Positions 17,910 through 27,258 of a stretch of DNA of 64,000 bases are shown here, piece by piece; positions within the stretch are counted from its first letter, which is position 1; each line of letters begins with the position of its first letter. The notes below the pieces were generated by a model that saw only the letters and a list, made by a program, of their open reading frames with translations, did no database searches and was not told where the DNA came from. The DNA is taken from contig CAYNBI010000003.1 of NCBI GenBank assembly GCA_964395315.1, positions 11,782-75,781 of the forward strand, in the 5' to 3' direction. The position numbers were made by a program, and so were the translations under genes. Source of the DNA: an uncultured Chromatiaceae bacterium (GTDB taxonomy: Bacteria > Pseudomonadota > Gammaproteobacteria > Chromatiales > Chromatiaceae).

Positions 17910-19576
17910 CGCAAATTCCCCTTCCCCTTCAACAGCGCTTCCGGATGGCGCTCCAGATAGTCCGCCATGCCACGAATGGAGCGCGCGGCGGCGGACAGCT
18001 CCCGCAGCAGCCGCCTGAGCTCGACATACAGCACAGAATCCTGCGACACGACGCCCTCCGCCGCCTTCAGCGTGGACCGCGTCTGATGCAGGGCCGCGTT
18101 CAGCCCGGGGATCACGTCCTGGTCGATACCCTTGGCGGTCTCTCCGATCTGCTTCAACGCCGTCTGCAGCTCCGTGACCGAGCTTTGCAGCGCTTCCGAG
18201 GTGGTGATGGCCTTGGCGCCCTTGATGGTATCGCGCAGATCGTCGCCGATCTCCTCCAACGGCAGCCCCTGGAGCGTGTCCAGGAGCTGGCTCGCCTTGG
18301 TGGCTATGGCGTCCAGGGGCGCTGCCAAGGTTGGGATCACCCGATAGTCACCCTGCGTGGTGATGGTGGCCGGGGGCGCATCGGGATGCAGGTCGAGGTC
18401 GACGTAGAGCTGGCCAGTCAACAGGCTACCCGTCTTCAGCTGGCCGCGCAGCCCCTGCTCGACCAGGCGCGCAACCACGTCCTGCTTCGCGAGCACCTCG
18501 GGGTCGCCCACAACGCCGATGCGGTCGGGCTCGAACTCGATCAGCACCGGGATGTAGAACTCGAACTCATCGACGTTGAACTTCAGCTGCACGTCCAGGA
18601 CCTGCCCGATCTTGATACCGTGGAGCATCACCGGCGCGCCGACACTGAGCCCGCGCACCGACCCTTCGAAGTGCATCAGATAGCGCTGCTTATCCAGGTA
18701 GATCTTCTCGTGGGCCTCGTCGCGGCTGCCATAGAGCGGGAAGTACTGAGCATTCGGTGCCGCCTCGCCACGCTCTTCAAGCGAGTCCGGGGTGTCGAAC
18801 GCGACCCCCCCGATCAGCACTGAAAGAAGGGATTGGGTGTCAACCTGGATGCCCTCGGCAGTGAGTTGGAAATCCAGGCCGCTCGCGTTCCAGAACCGGG
18901 TGTTGGTAAGCACCAGACGATCGTTGGGCGCGCCAATGAAGACCTCTATGCTGACCGCCTGGCCATCGACGTCCAACTCGTAGCCAACCACCTGCCCGAC
19001 TTGGATGCTGCGATAGTACACGGGTGAGCCGACGTTGAGCGAACCCAGGCTCTGGGAGCGCAGGACGAACTTCTTTCCGGGCTCGGAGGTGGTAAACAGG
19101 GGTGGATCTTCCAGGCCGACGAACTGGCGTCGCGGTCTTCCTTCGGTCACGGGGTCGATGGCGATATAGGCCCCGGAGAGCAGGGTTTCGAGACCGGAAA
19201 CCCGGCTCGCGGTCACCCGTGGCCGCTCGACCCAGAAGCGGGTGCCGTCGGTCAGGTAGGTCTCGGCCCCGAGAACCAGCTCAGCCGTGACCAGGACGCT
19301 CTGCAGATCCTTGCCCACCATGATCTCGGTGACCGAGCCGATCTCCACATCCTTGAACCTGACCTTGGTCTTCCCCGCCTGCAGGCCCGCCGCCGTCTTG
19401 AATTGAATCTGGACGGTCGGGCCCCTTTCGGAATAGGTCTTATAGGCCAGCCAGCCGCCGATCAGCAGGGCAACGAGGGGAATCAGCCAGACGATGGATA
19501 GCCGGCTCTTGGTTGCAACCAGCGCCTCCGGAAGGGCGTCAGAGGGCGGCGCGTCAGGGCCGTTCGTCTCTGTCAT
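17906..19576 (-). CDS. pqiB: Intermembrane transport protein PqiB (multi-MCE domain)
   Basis: N-terminal TM helix followed by repeated MCE modules (GLQAGKTKVRFKDVEIGSV, GSPVYYRSIQVGQV, GAPVMLHGIKIGQV) and a C-terminal helix. Confidence 0.9.
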   Translation of the reverse strand: MTETNGPDAPPSDALPEALVATKSRLSIVWLIPLVALLIGGWLAYKTYSERGPTVQIQFKTAAGLQAGKTKVRFKDVEIGSVTEIMVGKDLQSVLVTAELVLGAETYLTDGTRFWVERPRVTASRVSGLETLLSGAYIAIDPVTEGRPRRQFVGLEDPPLFTTSEPGKKFVLRSQSLGSLNVGSPVYYRSIQVGQVVGYELDVDGQAVSIEVFIGAPNDRLVLTNTRFWNASGLDFQLTAEGIQVDTQSLLSVLIGGVAFDTPDSLEERGEAAPNAQYFPLYGSRDEAHEKIYLDKQRYLMHFEGSVRGLSVGAPVMLHGIKIGQVLDVQLKFNVDEFEFYIPVLIEFEPDRIGVVGDPEVLAKQDVVARLVEQGLRGQLKTGSLLTGQLYVDLDLHPDAPPATITTQGDYRVIPTLAAPLDAIATKASQLLDTLQGLPLEEIGDDLRDTIKGAKAITTSEALQSSVTELQTALKQIGETAKGIDQDVIPGLNAALHQTRSTLKAAEGVVSQDSVLYVELRRLLRELSAAARSIRGMADYLERHPEALLKGKGNLR

Positions 19577-20837
19577 GGTCTCGCTCCCAAACGTCCCACA
19601 TCAACCGCGGATCGAAGCTCATGGCGGCGAACATCGTGAGCACCACCACCGCCGCGAAGAAGACCGCGCCCGCCTCGGCCTCGATAGTGGCCAGATTGCC
19701 CAGATGCACCAGGGCCACCAGGATAGTTACTACGTAGATATCCACCATGGACCAGCGCCCCACGGCCTCGGTGATCCGATAGAGGCGGGTGCGATCCCGC
19801 GGCCGCCAAGCCGACCGCAGTTGCACCGAGATCAGCAGGAACACCAGAATCACCAGCTTGAGCAAGGGCACCAAGACGCTGGCGACGAACACCACGAGTG
19901 CTAACGGCCACATGCCGTGGCCAAGGAGGAAGATTACGCCGCTGATGATGGTATCCGACTGGACCTGCCCGAGAGAAGTCACGCTCATGATCGGCAGCAG
20001 ATTGGCCGGGATGTAGCAGATCACGGCGGCGATCACCAGCGCCCAGGTACGCTGCAGGCTGGCTGGCTTGCGGTGGTGCAGCACCTCGCCGCACCGGGGA
20101 CAGTGGCGATGACCATGATCGAGCCGGGCGGCCTGCTCGGGGATCACCAGCTCACAGACGTGACAGGAGAGAACGCCCTCCCCCGCTCGCGGTGGCCGGC
20201 GCACCCCGTCGGGTACGGGCACCCGGGACCAGACGATATCCGGATCCAGGGCAGCCTGCGCCGCCGCGAGGACGAAGATGAGCGCCCCGAAAGCGAACAG
20301 CGACGTACCTGGGATGATGGTCGCCATGTCCGAGAGCTTCACTACCGAGACCAGGATTCCAAGCATGAACACATCCATCATGCCCCACGGCGTCAGGGTC
20401 TCCACGTAGCGGAACAGGGTCGGAAAGCCCCGTGGCAGCCGGTTCAACCTGATCGGGATCAGTACGATCAGCAGCAGCGCGAGCTGTATCCCCGGTGCCA
20501 GTATGCTGGTGAAAAACACGACGGCGGCCAGCTCCCACATGCCCTGACCGTAGAGGTCCTTGACCCCGGTGAAGAGGGTTGTCTCGGTGGTTTGCCCCTG
20601 CATCTGAAAGGACAGGAACGGAAAGCTGTTGGCCACGATGAAGAGGACGATACCCGCCAGGGTCAGCGCCAGGGTGCGGTCGAGGCTATCCGGCCGATTC
20701 CGGTGCAGGGTGTGCCCGCAGCGCGCACAGCGGGCCGCGCCGCCCACCGGCAGCGGCGGGTTGCGCTGCAGCAGGTCACATTCCTGGCATTGGGTCAGTG
20801 CGTCCCGAGGCATGGATCGACTGAGAACGAGGCCCAC
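19554..20837 (-). CDS. pqiA: Paraquat-inducible protein A
   Basis: Two repeats of a CxxC...CxRC zinc ribbon plus a TM bundle (CQECDLL...CARCGH and CHVCELV...CPRCGE). Start is either the GTG at 20837 or the ATG at 20813. Confidence 0.9.
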   Translation of the reverse strand: MGLVLSRSMPRDALTQCQECDLLQRNPPLPVGGAARCARCGHTLHRNRPDSLDRTLALTLAGIVLFIVANSFPFLSFQMQGQTTETTLFTGVKDLYGQGMWELAAVVFFTSILAPGIQLALLLIVLIPIRLNRLPRGFPTLFRYVETLTPWGMMDVFMLGILVSVVKLSDMATIIPGTSLFAFGALIFVLAAAQAALDPDIVWSRVPVPDGVRRPPRAGEGVLSCHVCELVIPEQAARLDHGHRHCPRCGEVLHHRKPASLQRTWALVIAAVICYIPANLLPIMSVTSLGQVQSDTIISGVIFLLGHGMWPLALVVFVASVLVPLLKLVILVFLLISVQLRSAWRPRDRTRLYRITEAVGRWSMVDIYVVTILVALVHLGNLATIEAEAGAVFFAAVVVLTMFAAMSFDPRLMWDVWERDHDRDERP

Positions 20838-20861
20838 CGGAAAACGGCTCGGCCCCTCTCG

Positions 20862-21626
20862 TCAGGCCTGATCTTCGACACTGGCGGGCTGCTGCTTGTG
20901 CAGATGCACCGGCTTGCCGCGCTTCTTGCGGGTGTAGATGTTGAGCATCTCCACCGCCACCGAGAAGGCCATCGCGAAATAGATGTAGCCCTTGGGGATA
21001 TGCAGGTCCAGCCCCTCTCCGATCAGGGCCACGCCGACCAGGATGAGAAAGCTCAGGGCCAGCATCTTGACGCTGGGGTGGTTGTCGACGAACTCTCCGA
21101 TGGACTTGGCGGCCAGCATCATGACGCCCACCGCGATGACGATGGCGATCACCATCACCGGGACGTCCCGCGCCATCCCCACGGCGGTGATGACCGAATC
21201 GAGGGAGAAAACGATGTCGATGACCGCGATCTGCCCCAACACCATGGCGTAGCTGGAGGCGACCTTGGGTTCCGCCTCCTCCTCTTCCGGCCCCTCGAGG
21301 CTATCCCAGATCTCCTGCGTGCTTTTCCACAGCAGGAACAGTCCGCCCGCAATCATGATCAGGTCCCTCCCCGAGATCTCGTACTGGAGCACCGAGAACA
21401 GCGGGCTGGTCAGCCGCATCATCCACGCCAGTGACAACAGCAGCAGGATGCGCGTGATCATCGCCAGGGCTAGCCCTTGGACACGGGCCCGGTTGCGCTG
21501 TTCCGGCGGCAGCCGACCGACGACGATGGAAATGAAGATGATGTTGTCGATCCCGAGCACGATCTCCAGGGCGGTCAGGGTGACCAGGGCGAGCCAGGCC
21601 TCAGGGCTGAAAATCCATTCGAACAT
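20862..21626 (-). CDS. TerC-family integral membrane protein
   Basis: LEIVLGIDNIIFISIVV and AVIDIVFSLDSVITAVGM are the duplicated TerC motifs. Confidence 0.88.
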   Translation of the reverse strand: MFEWIFSPEAWLALVTLTALEIVLGIDNIIFISIVVGRLPPEQRNRARVQGLALAMITRILLLLSLAWMMRLTSPLFSVLQYEISGRDLIMIAGGLFLLWKSTQEIWDSLEGPEEEEAEPKVASSYAMVLGQIAVIDIVFSLDSVITAVGMARDVPVMVIAIVIAVGVMMLAAKSIGEFVDNHPSVKMLALSFLILVGVALIGEGLDLHIPKGYIYFAMAFSVAVEMLNIYTRKKRGKPVHLHKQQPASVEDQA

Positions 21627-21656
21627 GATTATCCCCCTCGCTCGGCTTGCGTCGGT

Positions 21657-22514
21657 TCAATCGCTGAAACCGAACAAAAAGAAGACGGCACCGAGGAGCT
21701 CGGTCGGAGCCGCGTCCGCGCCGAACCAGCGGGCGAAGATGCGCTCGATCTCACCCGTGCGGTAGATCTGCGCCAGGCCACGATTCACCACCAAGCGAAA
21801 ATCCGCCTGGTTGCGCGGCATCGCGAGGGCGTAGGGGTCGATGGAGAACTCCGCGTCCAGGATGGAGAAGCGCTCCGGTTCCCCGGCGGCGGCGACCTGA
21901 CCGATGAGCACCAGGCGGTCCCCAGCCAGGGCGTGGATCGCCCCGGCTTCCAGCTGCTCCCGGCCGTCCTTCGCGTCCCTGATCGGCACCAGTTCCGCAT
22001 TGATCAGGCGCTCCCCTAAGGTGGCGCGCAGGCGTGTTTCCGTTGTCGTTTGCGGAATCACGCCAAGCTTCTTGCCCGCCAGGTCCGGCAGGGCCTTGAG
22101 TCCCGAATCCGACGACACGAGGATACCACCCGATTCCACGAAGACGATGTTGCTGAAGTCCACCACGCGCTGACGCTGCAGATTGATGGTGGTGGTACCG
22201 CAGTCCAGATCGGCCTCGCCGTTCGTGACCGCAGCCAGACGGCGCGGGGTATTTCCCTCCAGCCACCGAAGATCGAGCCTCTCGAGTCCCAGATCGCGCT
22301 GCATACCTGCCGCGATACGCCGGCAGAGATCCACCGAATAGCCATCGGGCTCGCCATCCTCGCCCCGGAACGAGATCGGGTACGAATTCGGCGCGAAGGC
22401 GATGGTCAGGCTCATGGTCGCCTTGATGCGGTCCAACATCTCCAGCGCCACGGCGGTCTGGAACGGTAGGTTCAGAACAACGAGGGCGATCAGTAGACGC
22501 GAGACGAATTGCAT
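21657..22514 (-). CDS. Periplasmic substrate-binding protein (SBP family 3, amino-acid-ABC type)
   Basis: Signal peptide, GYSVDLCRRIA, LDCGTTTINLQR and PIRDAKDG fit the SBP_bac_3 pattern. No permease or ATPase gene is adjacent. Confidence 0.75.
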   Translation of the reverse strand: MQFVSRLLIALVVLNLPFQTAVALEMLDRIKATMSLTIAFAPNSYPISFRGEDGEPDGYSVDLCRRIAAGMQRDLGLERLDLRWLEGNTPRRLAAVTNGEADLDCGTTTINLQRQRVVDFSNIVFVESGGILVSSDSGLKALPDLAGKKLGVIPQTTTETRLRATLGERLINAELVPIRDAKDGREQLEAGAIHALAGDRLVLIGQVAAAGEPERFSILDAEFSIDPYALAMPRNQADFRLVVNRGLAQIYRTGEIERIFARWFGADAAPTELLGAVFFLFGFSD

Positions 22515-22643
22515 GGACGGGTCCTGAGTTGAAAGTCGGGACAGTGCACGGTGCGGAAACCGGGACCGATCGCCGACATTCTACTCGCCAAATGCGGGGG
22601 CCGCCCATCGGGTGGGTCGGCCTGGGGGAATATGAGCTCCCCG

Positions 22644-22946
22644 TCAGAAAACCCAGGCGATGAGAAGCGTGAGGACGAGAAAGAAACCGAAAAAGCTCCC
22701 GAGCATGAACTGGATCTCGCCAAACACCCCGTCCCCGGCCACGAGCGCGAACAGGACGAACAGCGCCACGGTCACGCCGAAGCCCCAGACGGCGGCCTCC
22801 CTCAGGCCCACGCCCGGGGCGAAGGCAACTGCCATCTCCTGCAACAGCGGACCTCCGGCAAGGAACAGGACGGCGAGAAGCACCGCCGCCACCGCCAGGA
22901 CGATGGCGAAAATCTTGAGATCGCCGCGGGCGCCCGACTCAGGCAT
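22644..22946 (-). CDS. Hypothetical 3-TM membrane protein (100 aa)
   Basis: The ATG at 22946 overlaps the bPH gene's stop by 8 nt. Hydrophobic segments are IFAIVLAVAAVLLAVLFLA, GFGVTVALFVLFALVAG and FFGFFLVLTLLIAWVF. Confidence 0.6.
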   Translation of the reverse strand: MPESGARGDLKIFAIVLAVAAVLLAVLFLAGGPLLQEMAVAFAPGVGLREAAVWGFGVTVALFVLFALVAGDGVFGEIQFMLGSFFGFFLVLTLLIAWVF

Positions 22947-23427
22947 CCGCCTTACCTTGCCCCTTGATGTGATCGCGGATCGCGTCGGGGTCGGGCAGCC
23001 CCCGCACCACGAGCTCCGGCGCGTCGCCGGAGGTGAAGATGGTGACGTCGCCCGCATTCATCATCCGCTGCATCAGGCTCTGGTTGATCCTGACCGTCCG
23101 CACCGAGCCCATGCTGATCTCCACGTACTGCTTGTTCAGCAGGCCATGGGTCCAGATCAGCTCGTCCTCCTTGATCTTCAGACTGTCGACCTTGGTGGAG
23201 ACCCACCAGGACAGAAGGCGGAAGAAGCCGATCACCGCCAGCACGATGCCGACGATGCCGAAGACACGGCCATCCACCGCCTCCACCGGGACACCCAGCA
23301 TGCCGCCGATGTGACCGCCCGCGATCGCGATCAGGATGCCGAGCAGGACCAAGACGACCATCACCACGGTTCCGACCGGATTCATGCGGACCATCGACGG
23401 GCTGGCTTCGTAGAGGACGTTCGACAT
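22939..23427 (-). CDS. Membrane protein with bacterial PH domain (bPH_2 / YdbS-like)
   Basis: Two N-terminal TM helices, then LKIKEDELIWTHGLLNKQYVEISMGSVRTVRINQSLMQRMMNAGDVTI, which is typical of the bPH_2 fold. Confidence 0.7.
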   Translation of the reverse strand: MSNVLYEASPSMVRMNPVGTVVMVVLVLLGILIAIAGGHIGGMLGVPVEAVDGRVFGIVGIVLAVIGFFRLLSWWVSTKVDSLKIKEDELIWTHGLLNKQYVEISMGSVRTVRINQSLMQRMMNAGDVTIFTSGDAPELVVRGLPDPDAIRDHIKGQGKADA

Positions 23428-23574
23428 CGGGCAACCCCAACAACAGCTGTTGTCAACTTTCTGAAATATATGGAAATTTCCCTGCCCTTGCGGAGGGAAA
23501 GACGATGGATGTTACCAATTGTGGCGCCCGCTTGAAACCCTCGTCCCGAGCGGTCCCGGTTATAATCCGCGGCC

Positions 23575-25182
23575 ATGAGCCCCTCTCAACTCTTGCGCGC
23601 CTCTAGCGGGCACATCCGTTTGCGCCTGTTCCGCGACCTCGTGCTTCTGGTCCTGTTCACCGTCGGGGTGCTGGCGACCGTCAGCTGGCTGCTGATCACG
23701 GAGCTCAAGGAGACGGTAGCCGAATCCAAGATCACGAGCTTCACCGCCCTGGTGCGGGACGAGGTGACCAACCTGCTGGTGCCCGTCGAACGTCAGCTGC
23801 TGATCGTCAGGGACGGGCTGCGCAACGCGGGCCTGACGCCCGCAGACCGGCGACCGCTGGACCTGCTCATGGCCCCGGTGATGGGGCACCTGGACCAGAT
23901 CTCCGGCACCGCCTACGCCGACAGTTCCGGTTCCGAGCACTTCCTGGTCCGCGATGGAGACGCCTGGCTGACGCGGACACGCGCCGCCGGTGACGACGGC
24001 GAGGCCACCTGGGCACAGTGGACCACCTCCGGGCATGACACCACCTCCCGCGAGGGCACGCTGGACTACGACCCGCGTCGGCGCCCCTGGTTTCAGGCCG
24101 CGAATCCCGCCGATCCGAGCCCGGTCTGGACCGGACCGTACGTCTTCCACTCCTTGAAGGTGCCTGGAATGACAGCCGCCGTCGCCTGGGAAGAAGGGAA
24201 CCGGAAGCACGTGCTGGCCATGGACGTGGGTCTGGCGCGCATTGTCGAGACGGTCGAGACGATGCCGCTGGATCACGGCGGATTAGGATTCCTGTTCAGG
24301 GGCGACGGCGGGATCTTTATCCCCGGGGGTGACGAGGAGGCGAAGGACCCGCACCAGGGCGATCGTTTTTTCTCCGCCGAGGAGAGCCTCGGCGGCCCCT
24401 TGCACTTCGATGCCGTGGCCGCCTGGCGAGCCGGGGGGCGCGCCGCCGATCGCCTGTTCCGCTTCACCAGCGGCGGCAGGGATTGGTGGGGCGGTTTCCT
24501 GCCGCTCTCGGACGCGGCCGACACGGCGTGGGTCGGGGTGGTCCTGCCCCATTCCGAGACCTTCGGCATCATCCAGAGCCGCTGGCACGTCCTGGCCTCG
24601 GCGGCGCTGACGATCGTCGCCGCCGGCGTCGGGCTGGTCCTGTTGCTCATGGGGAAGTACAGCCGTCAGCTGCGTGACCTGCCCAAGCTCTCCATCGACC
24701 GGCGCGACGCCGAGCGGGACCTCTACGACCTGATCGGCAGCGGGGAGGACGCCCACCTCGAATTCAAATCCACGATGCGCACCAATCTGCACACTGGAAA
24801 ACCCGGGAAGGAGATCGAGCTCGCCTGGCTGAAAGGGGTATGCGCGTTTCTCAACACCGAGGGCGGCATCCTGCTCATGGGGGTGGCGGACGACGGGACC
24901 GTCGTCGGCATGGAGGCAGACGCCTTCGACAACGAGGACAAGTGCCGGCTGCACTTCAAGAATCTGCTCAACCAGCATCTGGGAGCGGAATACGCGCGCT
25001 TCGTGCGCTTCGAGCTTTACCAGTTGGAGGGCAAGACCGTCGGCGCCGTCGAGTGCGAGCGCGCCCATTCGCCCGCCTTTCTGCGCCACAACAACAATGA
25101 GTCCTTCTTCATCCGCAGTGGGCCATCCAATATCGAACTCAGCCTGAGCAAAGCCCTTAAGTACATCCGCAGCCGCTTCTGA
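23575..25182 (+). CDS. Membrane sensor: TM, periplasmic Cache-like domain, TM, then cytoplasmic AlbA_2 (Schlafen-type) domain
   Basis: TM1 is at about aa 20-43. The Cache hallmark is YDPRRRPWFQAA...VWTGPYVFHSLKVPGMTAAV. TM2 is at about aa 338-360. The C-terminus, HLEFKST...AFLNTEGGILLMGVADDGTVVGM...FFIRSGPSNIELS, matches AlbA_2. Confidence 0.8.
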   Translation: MSPSQLLRASSGHIRLRLFRDLVLLVLFTVGVLATVSWLLITELKETVAESKITSFTALVRDEVTNLLVPVERQLLIVRDGLRNAGLTPADRRPLDLLMAPVMGHLDQISGTAYADSSGSEHFLVRDGDAWLTRTRAAGDDGEATWAQWTTSGHDTTSREGTLDYDPRRRPWFQAANPADPSPVWTGPYVFHSLKVPGMTAAVAWEEGNRKHVLAMDVGLARIVETVETMPLDHGGLGFLFRGDGGIFIPGGDEEAKDPHQGDRFFSAEESLGGPLHFDAVAAWRAGGRAADRLFRFTSGGRDWWGGFLPLSDAADTAWVGVVLPHSETFGIIQSRWHVLASAALTIVAAGVGLVLLLMGKYSRQLRDLPKLSIDRRDAERDLYDLIGSGEDAHLEFKSTMRTNLHTGKPGKEIELAWLKGVCAFLNTEGGILLMGVADDGTVVGMEADAFDNEDKCRLHFKNLLNQHLGAEYARFVRFELYQLEGKTVGAVECERAHSPAFLRHNNNESFFIRSGPSNIELSLSKALKYIRSRF

Positions 25183-25200
25183 CGCCGCCGTTGCTTGCGC

Positions 25201-26415
25201 TCAATCCGTCGCCCGGATCGCGGCGATGCGCGCCTCGCGGATGCGCTTCGGGATCTTCGCCGGATCATCCTCCCCGCTGGCGATCACGCCGGCATCCACC
25301 GCGCGAACGGCGGCGAGCAACCGGCGCAAGCGCTGCCCCTGCGGGTAATGGCGCTCCTCGTAACCCGCCCGGCCGCGAAAGTCCGCCTCGCAGGAGGTGA
25401 TCATCTGCTCGAAGCGCTCCGGCCGGCGTATCGCGTCCGCCCCCTCGAGCATCTCCAGAATCGTCGCCGGCCTGAGCTCGTCCACCTTGTGCGCCAGACC
25501 ATGGTAGCGGGCCACGATCCGCGCCAGTTCGCAGTAACGGCGCGGCGCCTTGAGGCGGGCGCAGACATCCTCGATCAGCTCGACGCTGCGCTGCTCGTGC
25601 CCCTTGTGGCTCGGCAGGATCTCGGTCGGGGTCGTGCCTTTTCCTAAATCGTGGGTCAGGGCCGCGAAACGCACCGCCGGGTCCGCAGAGAGACGGGCAG
25701 CCATGTCGACCACCATCATGGTGTGAACGCCGGTATCGATCTCCGGATGCCATTTCGCGGGCTGGGGTATGCCGTACAGGCGTGACACTTCCGGCAGCAG
25801 CCGCTCGAGCGCGCCGCATGCCCGCATGACTTCGAAAAAGCGCGAGGGCCGGGCCTCGCCGAGGGCCTTTGCGAGTTCCTGCCAAACCCGCTCCGGCACC
25901 AGGGCGTCGACCTCGCCGGCGTCCGTCATGCTGCGCATCAGCTCCATCGTTTCCTCGGCCACGGTGAAACCGAAATCCGCGTAGCGGGCCGCGAAGCGAG
26001 CGACCCGCAGGATGCGCACGGGATCCTCGGCGAAGGCGGCGGAGATGTGCCGCAACACCCTGTTTTGCAGGTCGGCACGCCCGCCGTAGTAATCGATCAG
26101 CTCGCCGTCCTCGTCCTCGGCCAGGGCGTTGATGGTGAGGTCACGCCGGCGCAGATCCTGCTCCAGCGTGACCGTGGGATCGGCGTGGACCACGAAGCCG
26201 TGATAACCGGGAGCCGTCTTGCGCTCGGTGCGCGCCAGTGCGTACTCCTCCTTCGTCTCCGGATGCAGGAAAACCGGGAAGTCCTTGCCTACCTGCTGAT
26301 AGCCCAGGGAAATCAGGTCCTGCGGCGTCGCGCCCACGACGACAAAGTCACGCTCCGCCACCGGGCGGCCGAGCAGGCGGTCCCTGACCGCGCCACCGAC
26401 GAGATAGGCCTTCAT
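25201..26415 (-). CDS. cca: Multifunctional CCA-adding tRNA nucleotidyltransferase (with HD domain)
   Basis: MKAYLVGGAVRD...DFVVVG...ARTERK, and an HD region HTMMV...LTHDLGK. ATG at 26415; the track start at 26418 is a TTG. Confidence 0.93.
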   Translation of the reverse strand: MKAYLVGGAVRDRLLGRPVAERDFVVVGATPQDLISLGYQQVGKDFPVFLHPETKEEYALARTERKTAPGYHGFVVHADPTVTLEQDLRRRDLTINALAEDEDGELIDYYGGRADLQNRVLRHISAAFAEDPVRILRVARFAARYADFGFTVAEETMELMRSMTDAGEVDALVPERVWQELAKALGEARPSRFFEVMRACGALERLLPEVSRLYGIPQPAKWHPEIDTGVHTMMVVDMAARLSADPAVRFAALTHDLGKGTTPTEILPSHKGHEQRSVELIEDVCARLKAPRRYCELARIVARYHGLAHKVDELRPATILEMLEGADAIRRPERFEQMITSCEADFRGRAGYEERHYPQGQRLRRLLAAVRAVDAGVIASGEDDPAKIPKRIREARIAAIRATD

Positions 26416-27071
26416 CAAGGAGAGTCCCGGCGCGGGCCGCCGCCCTCATCCTTGGTCTCGTTCCCGTTCGGGCCACCCCCGCCGAAGAATCGGGCGATGG
26501 CGCCGAAAACCCGCTTGATACCGCGCCAAAGCAAGGGCAGCAGCCAGATCAGGAGCAGCAGGAAGCCGGCCAGGATGACCAGGAAGACGACCGGGTGACT
26601 CACCGCGGTAAGGAGCCCCCCCACCACCGCGAAGTCCTCGACGATGGAGGCCGTCCAGTTGGTGAAGGGCTCGGGGGAGGTGTTGATCAGGGCCCGCGTC
26701 CCGGACTTGGCGGCATGCGAGGCAGCGGCCATGCCGCCGCCCATCAGCGCCGCCGCAAGCTCGGCGCCGGTGCCCACGTCGCCGACCGCACCTGCGGCGA
26801 GCATGGCACCCGCGGGGATGCGAATGAAGGTGTGCAGCGTGTCCCAGACGGTATCCACGCCTGGCACCTTGTCGGCGAAGAACTCGACCAAATACATGAC
26901 GCCTGCCGCGAGCATCACCAGCGGGTCGGAGAGGACCTCCAGCCCCGCCGGCAGATCCATGCGGCCGGTAGCGCCGAGGAATCCGAGCACCAGCACGGCG
27001 GCGTAGAGATTGATGCCGCTCGCCCAGCCGGCGCCGAGGGTGAGCGCGAGGGTCTGTGTCAGGTCTTCCAC
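26415..27071 (-). CDS. DUF4126-like integral membrane protein
   Basis: GAGWASGINLYAAVLVLG...YLVEFFADKVPGVDTVWD. The GTG start and the one-nt stop/start overlap with cca suggest one operon. Confidence 0.6.
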   Translation of the reverse strand: MEDLTQTLALTLGAGWASGINLYAAVLVLGFLGATGRMDLPAGLEVLSDPLVMLAAGVMYLVEFFADKVPGVDTVWDTLHTFIRIPAGAMLAAGAVGDVGTGAELAAALMGGGMAAASHAAKSGTRALINTSPEPFTNWTASIVEDFAVVGGLLTAVSHPVVFLVILAGFLLLLIWLLPLLWRGIKRVFGAIARFFGGGGPNGNETKDEGGGPRRDSP

Positions 27072-27258
27072 GGGTGCGGGCTCCGATCAGATGCGCGTAG
27101 CGGAATTATCCCGCAATTCGCCCGCGGCGACGAAAAAAGCGGCCGCCCGGGCGGACGATCCGCCGCGGTGCCGCCGGTCACGAACGCCCGCTTCTTTCCC
27201 CCCGCGTGTCAAGTCCGCGACAATAGGCGCCAATGCCTTAGTAACCTGGGACACAAGC

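Noticed and set aside
21627-21656. Mn2+ (yybP-ykoY) riboswitch, which often precedes TerC-family genes.
   Set aside because: Only 30 nt separate terC from the upstream gene, which leaves no room for the motif.
27133-27160. Terminator-like element on the minus strand (GC palindromes ccgcccgggcgg and gcggccgc followed by T6) just upstream of the DUF4126-cca operon.
   Set aside because: The stems are short and the T-run is separated from them. No minus-strand gene lies upstream to be terminated. An attenuator role is pure speculation.
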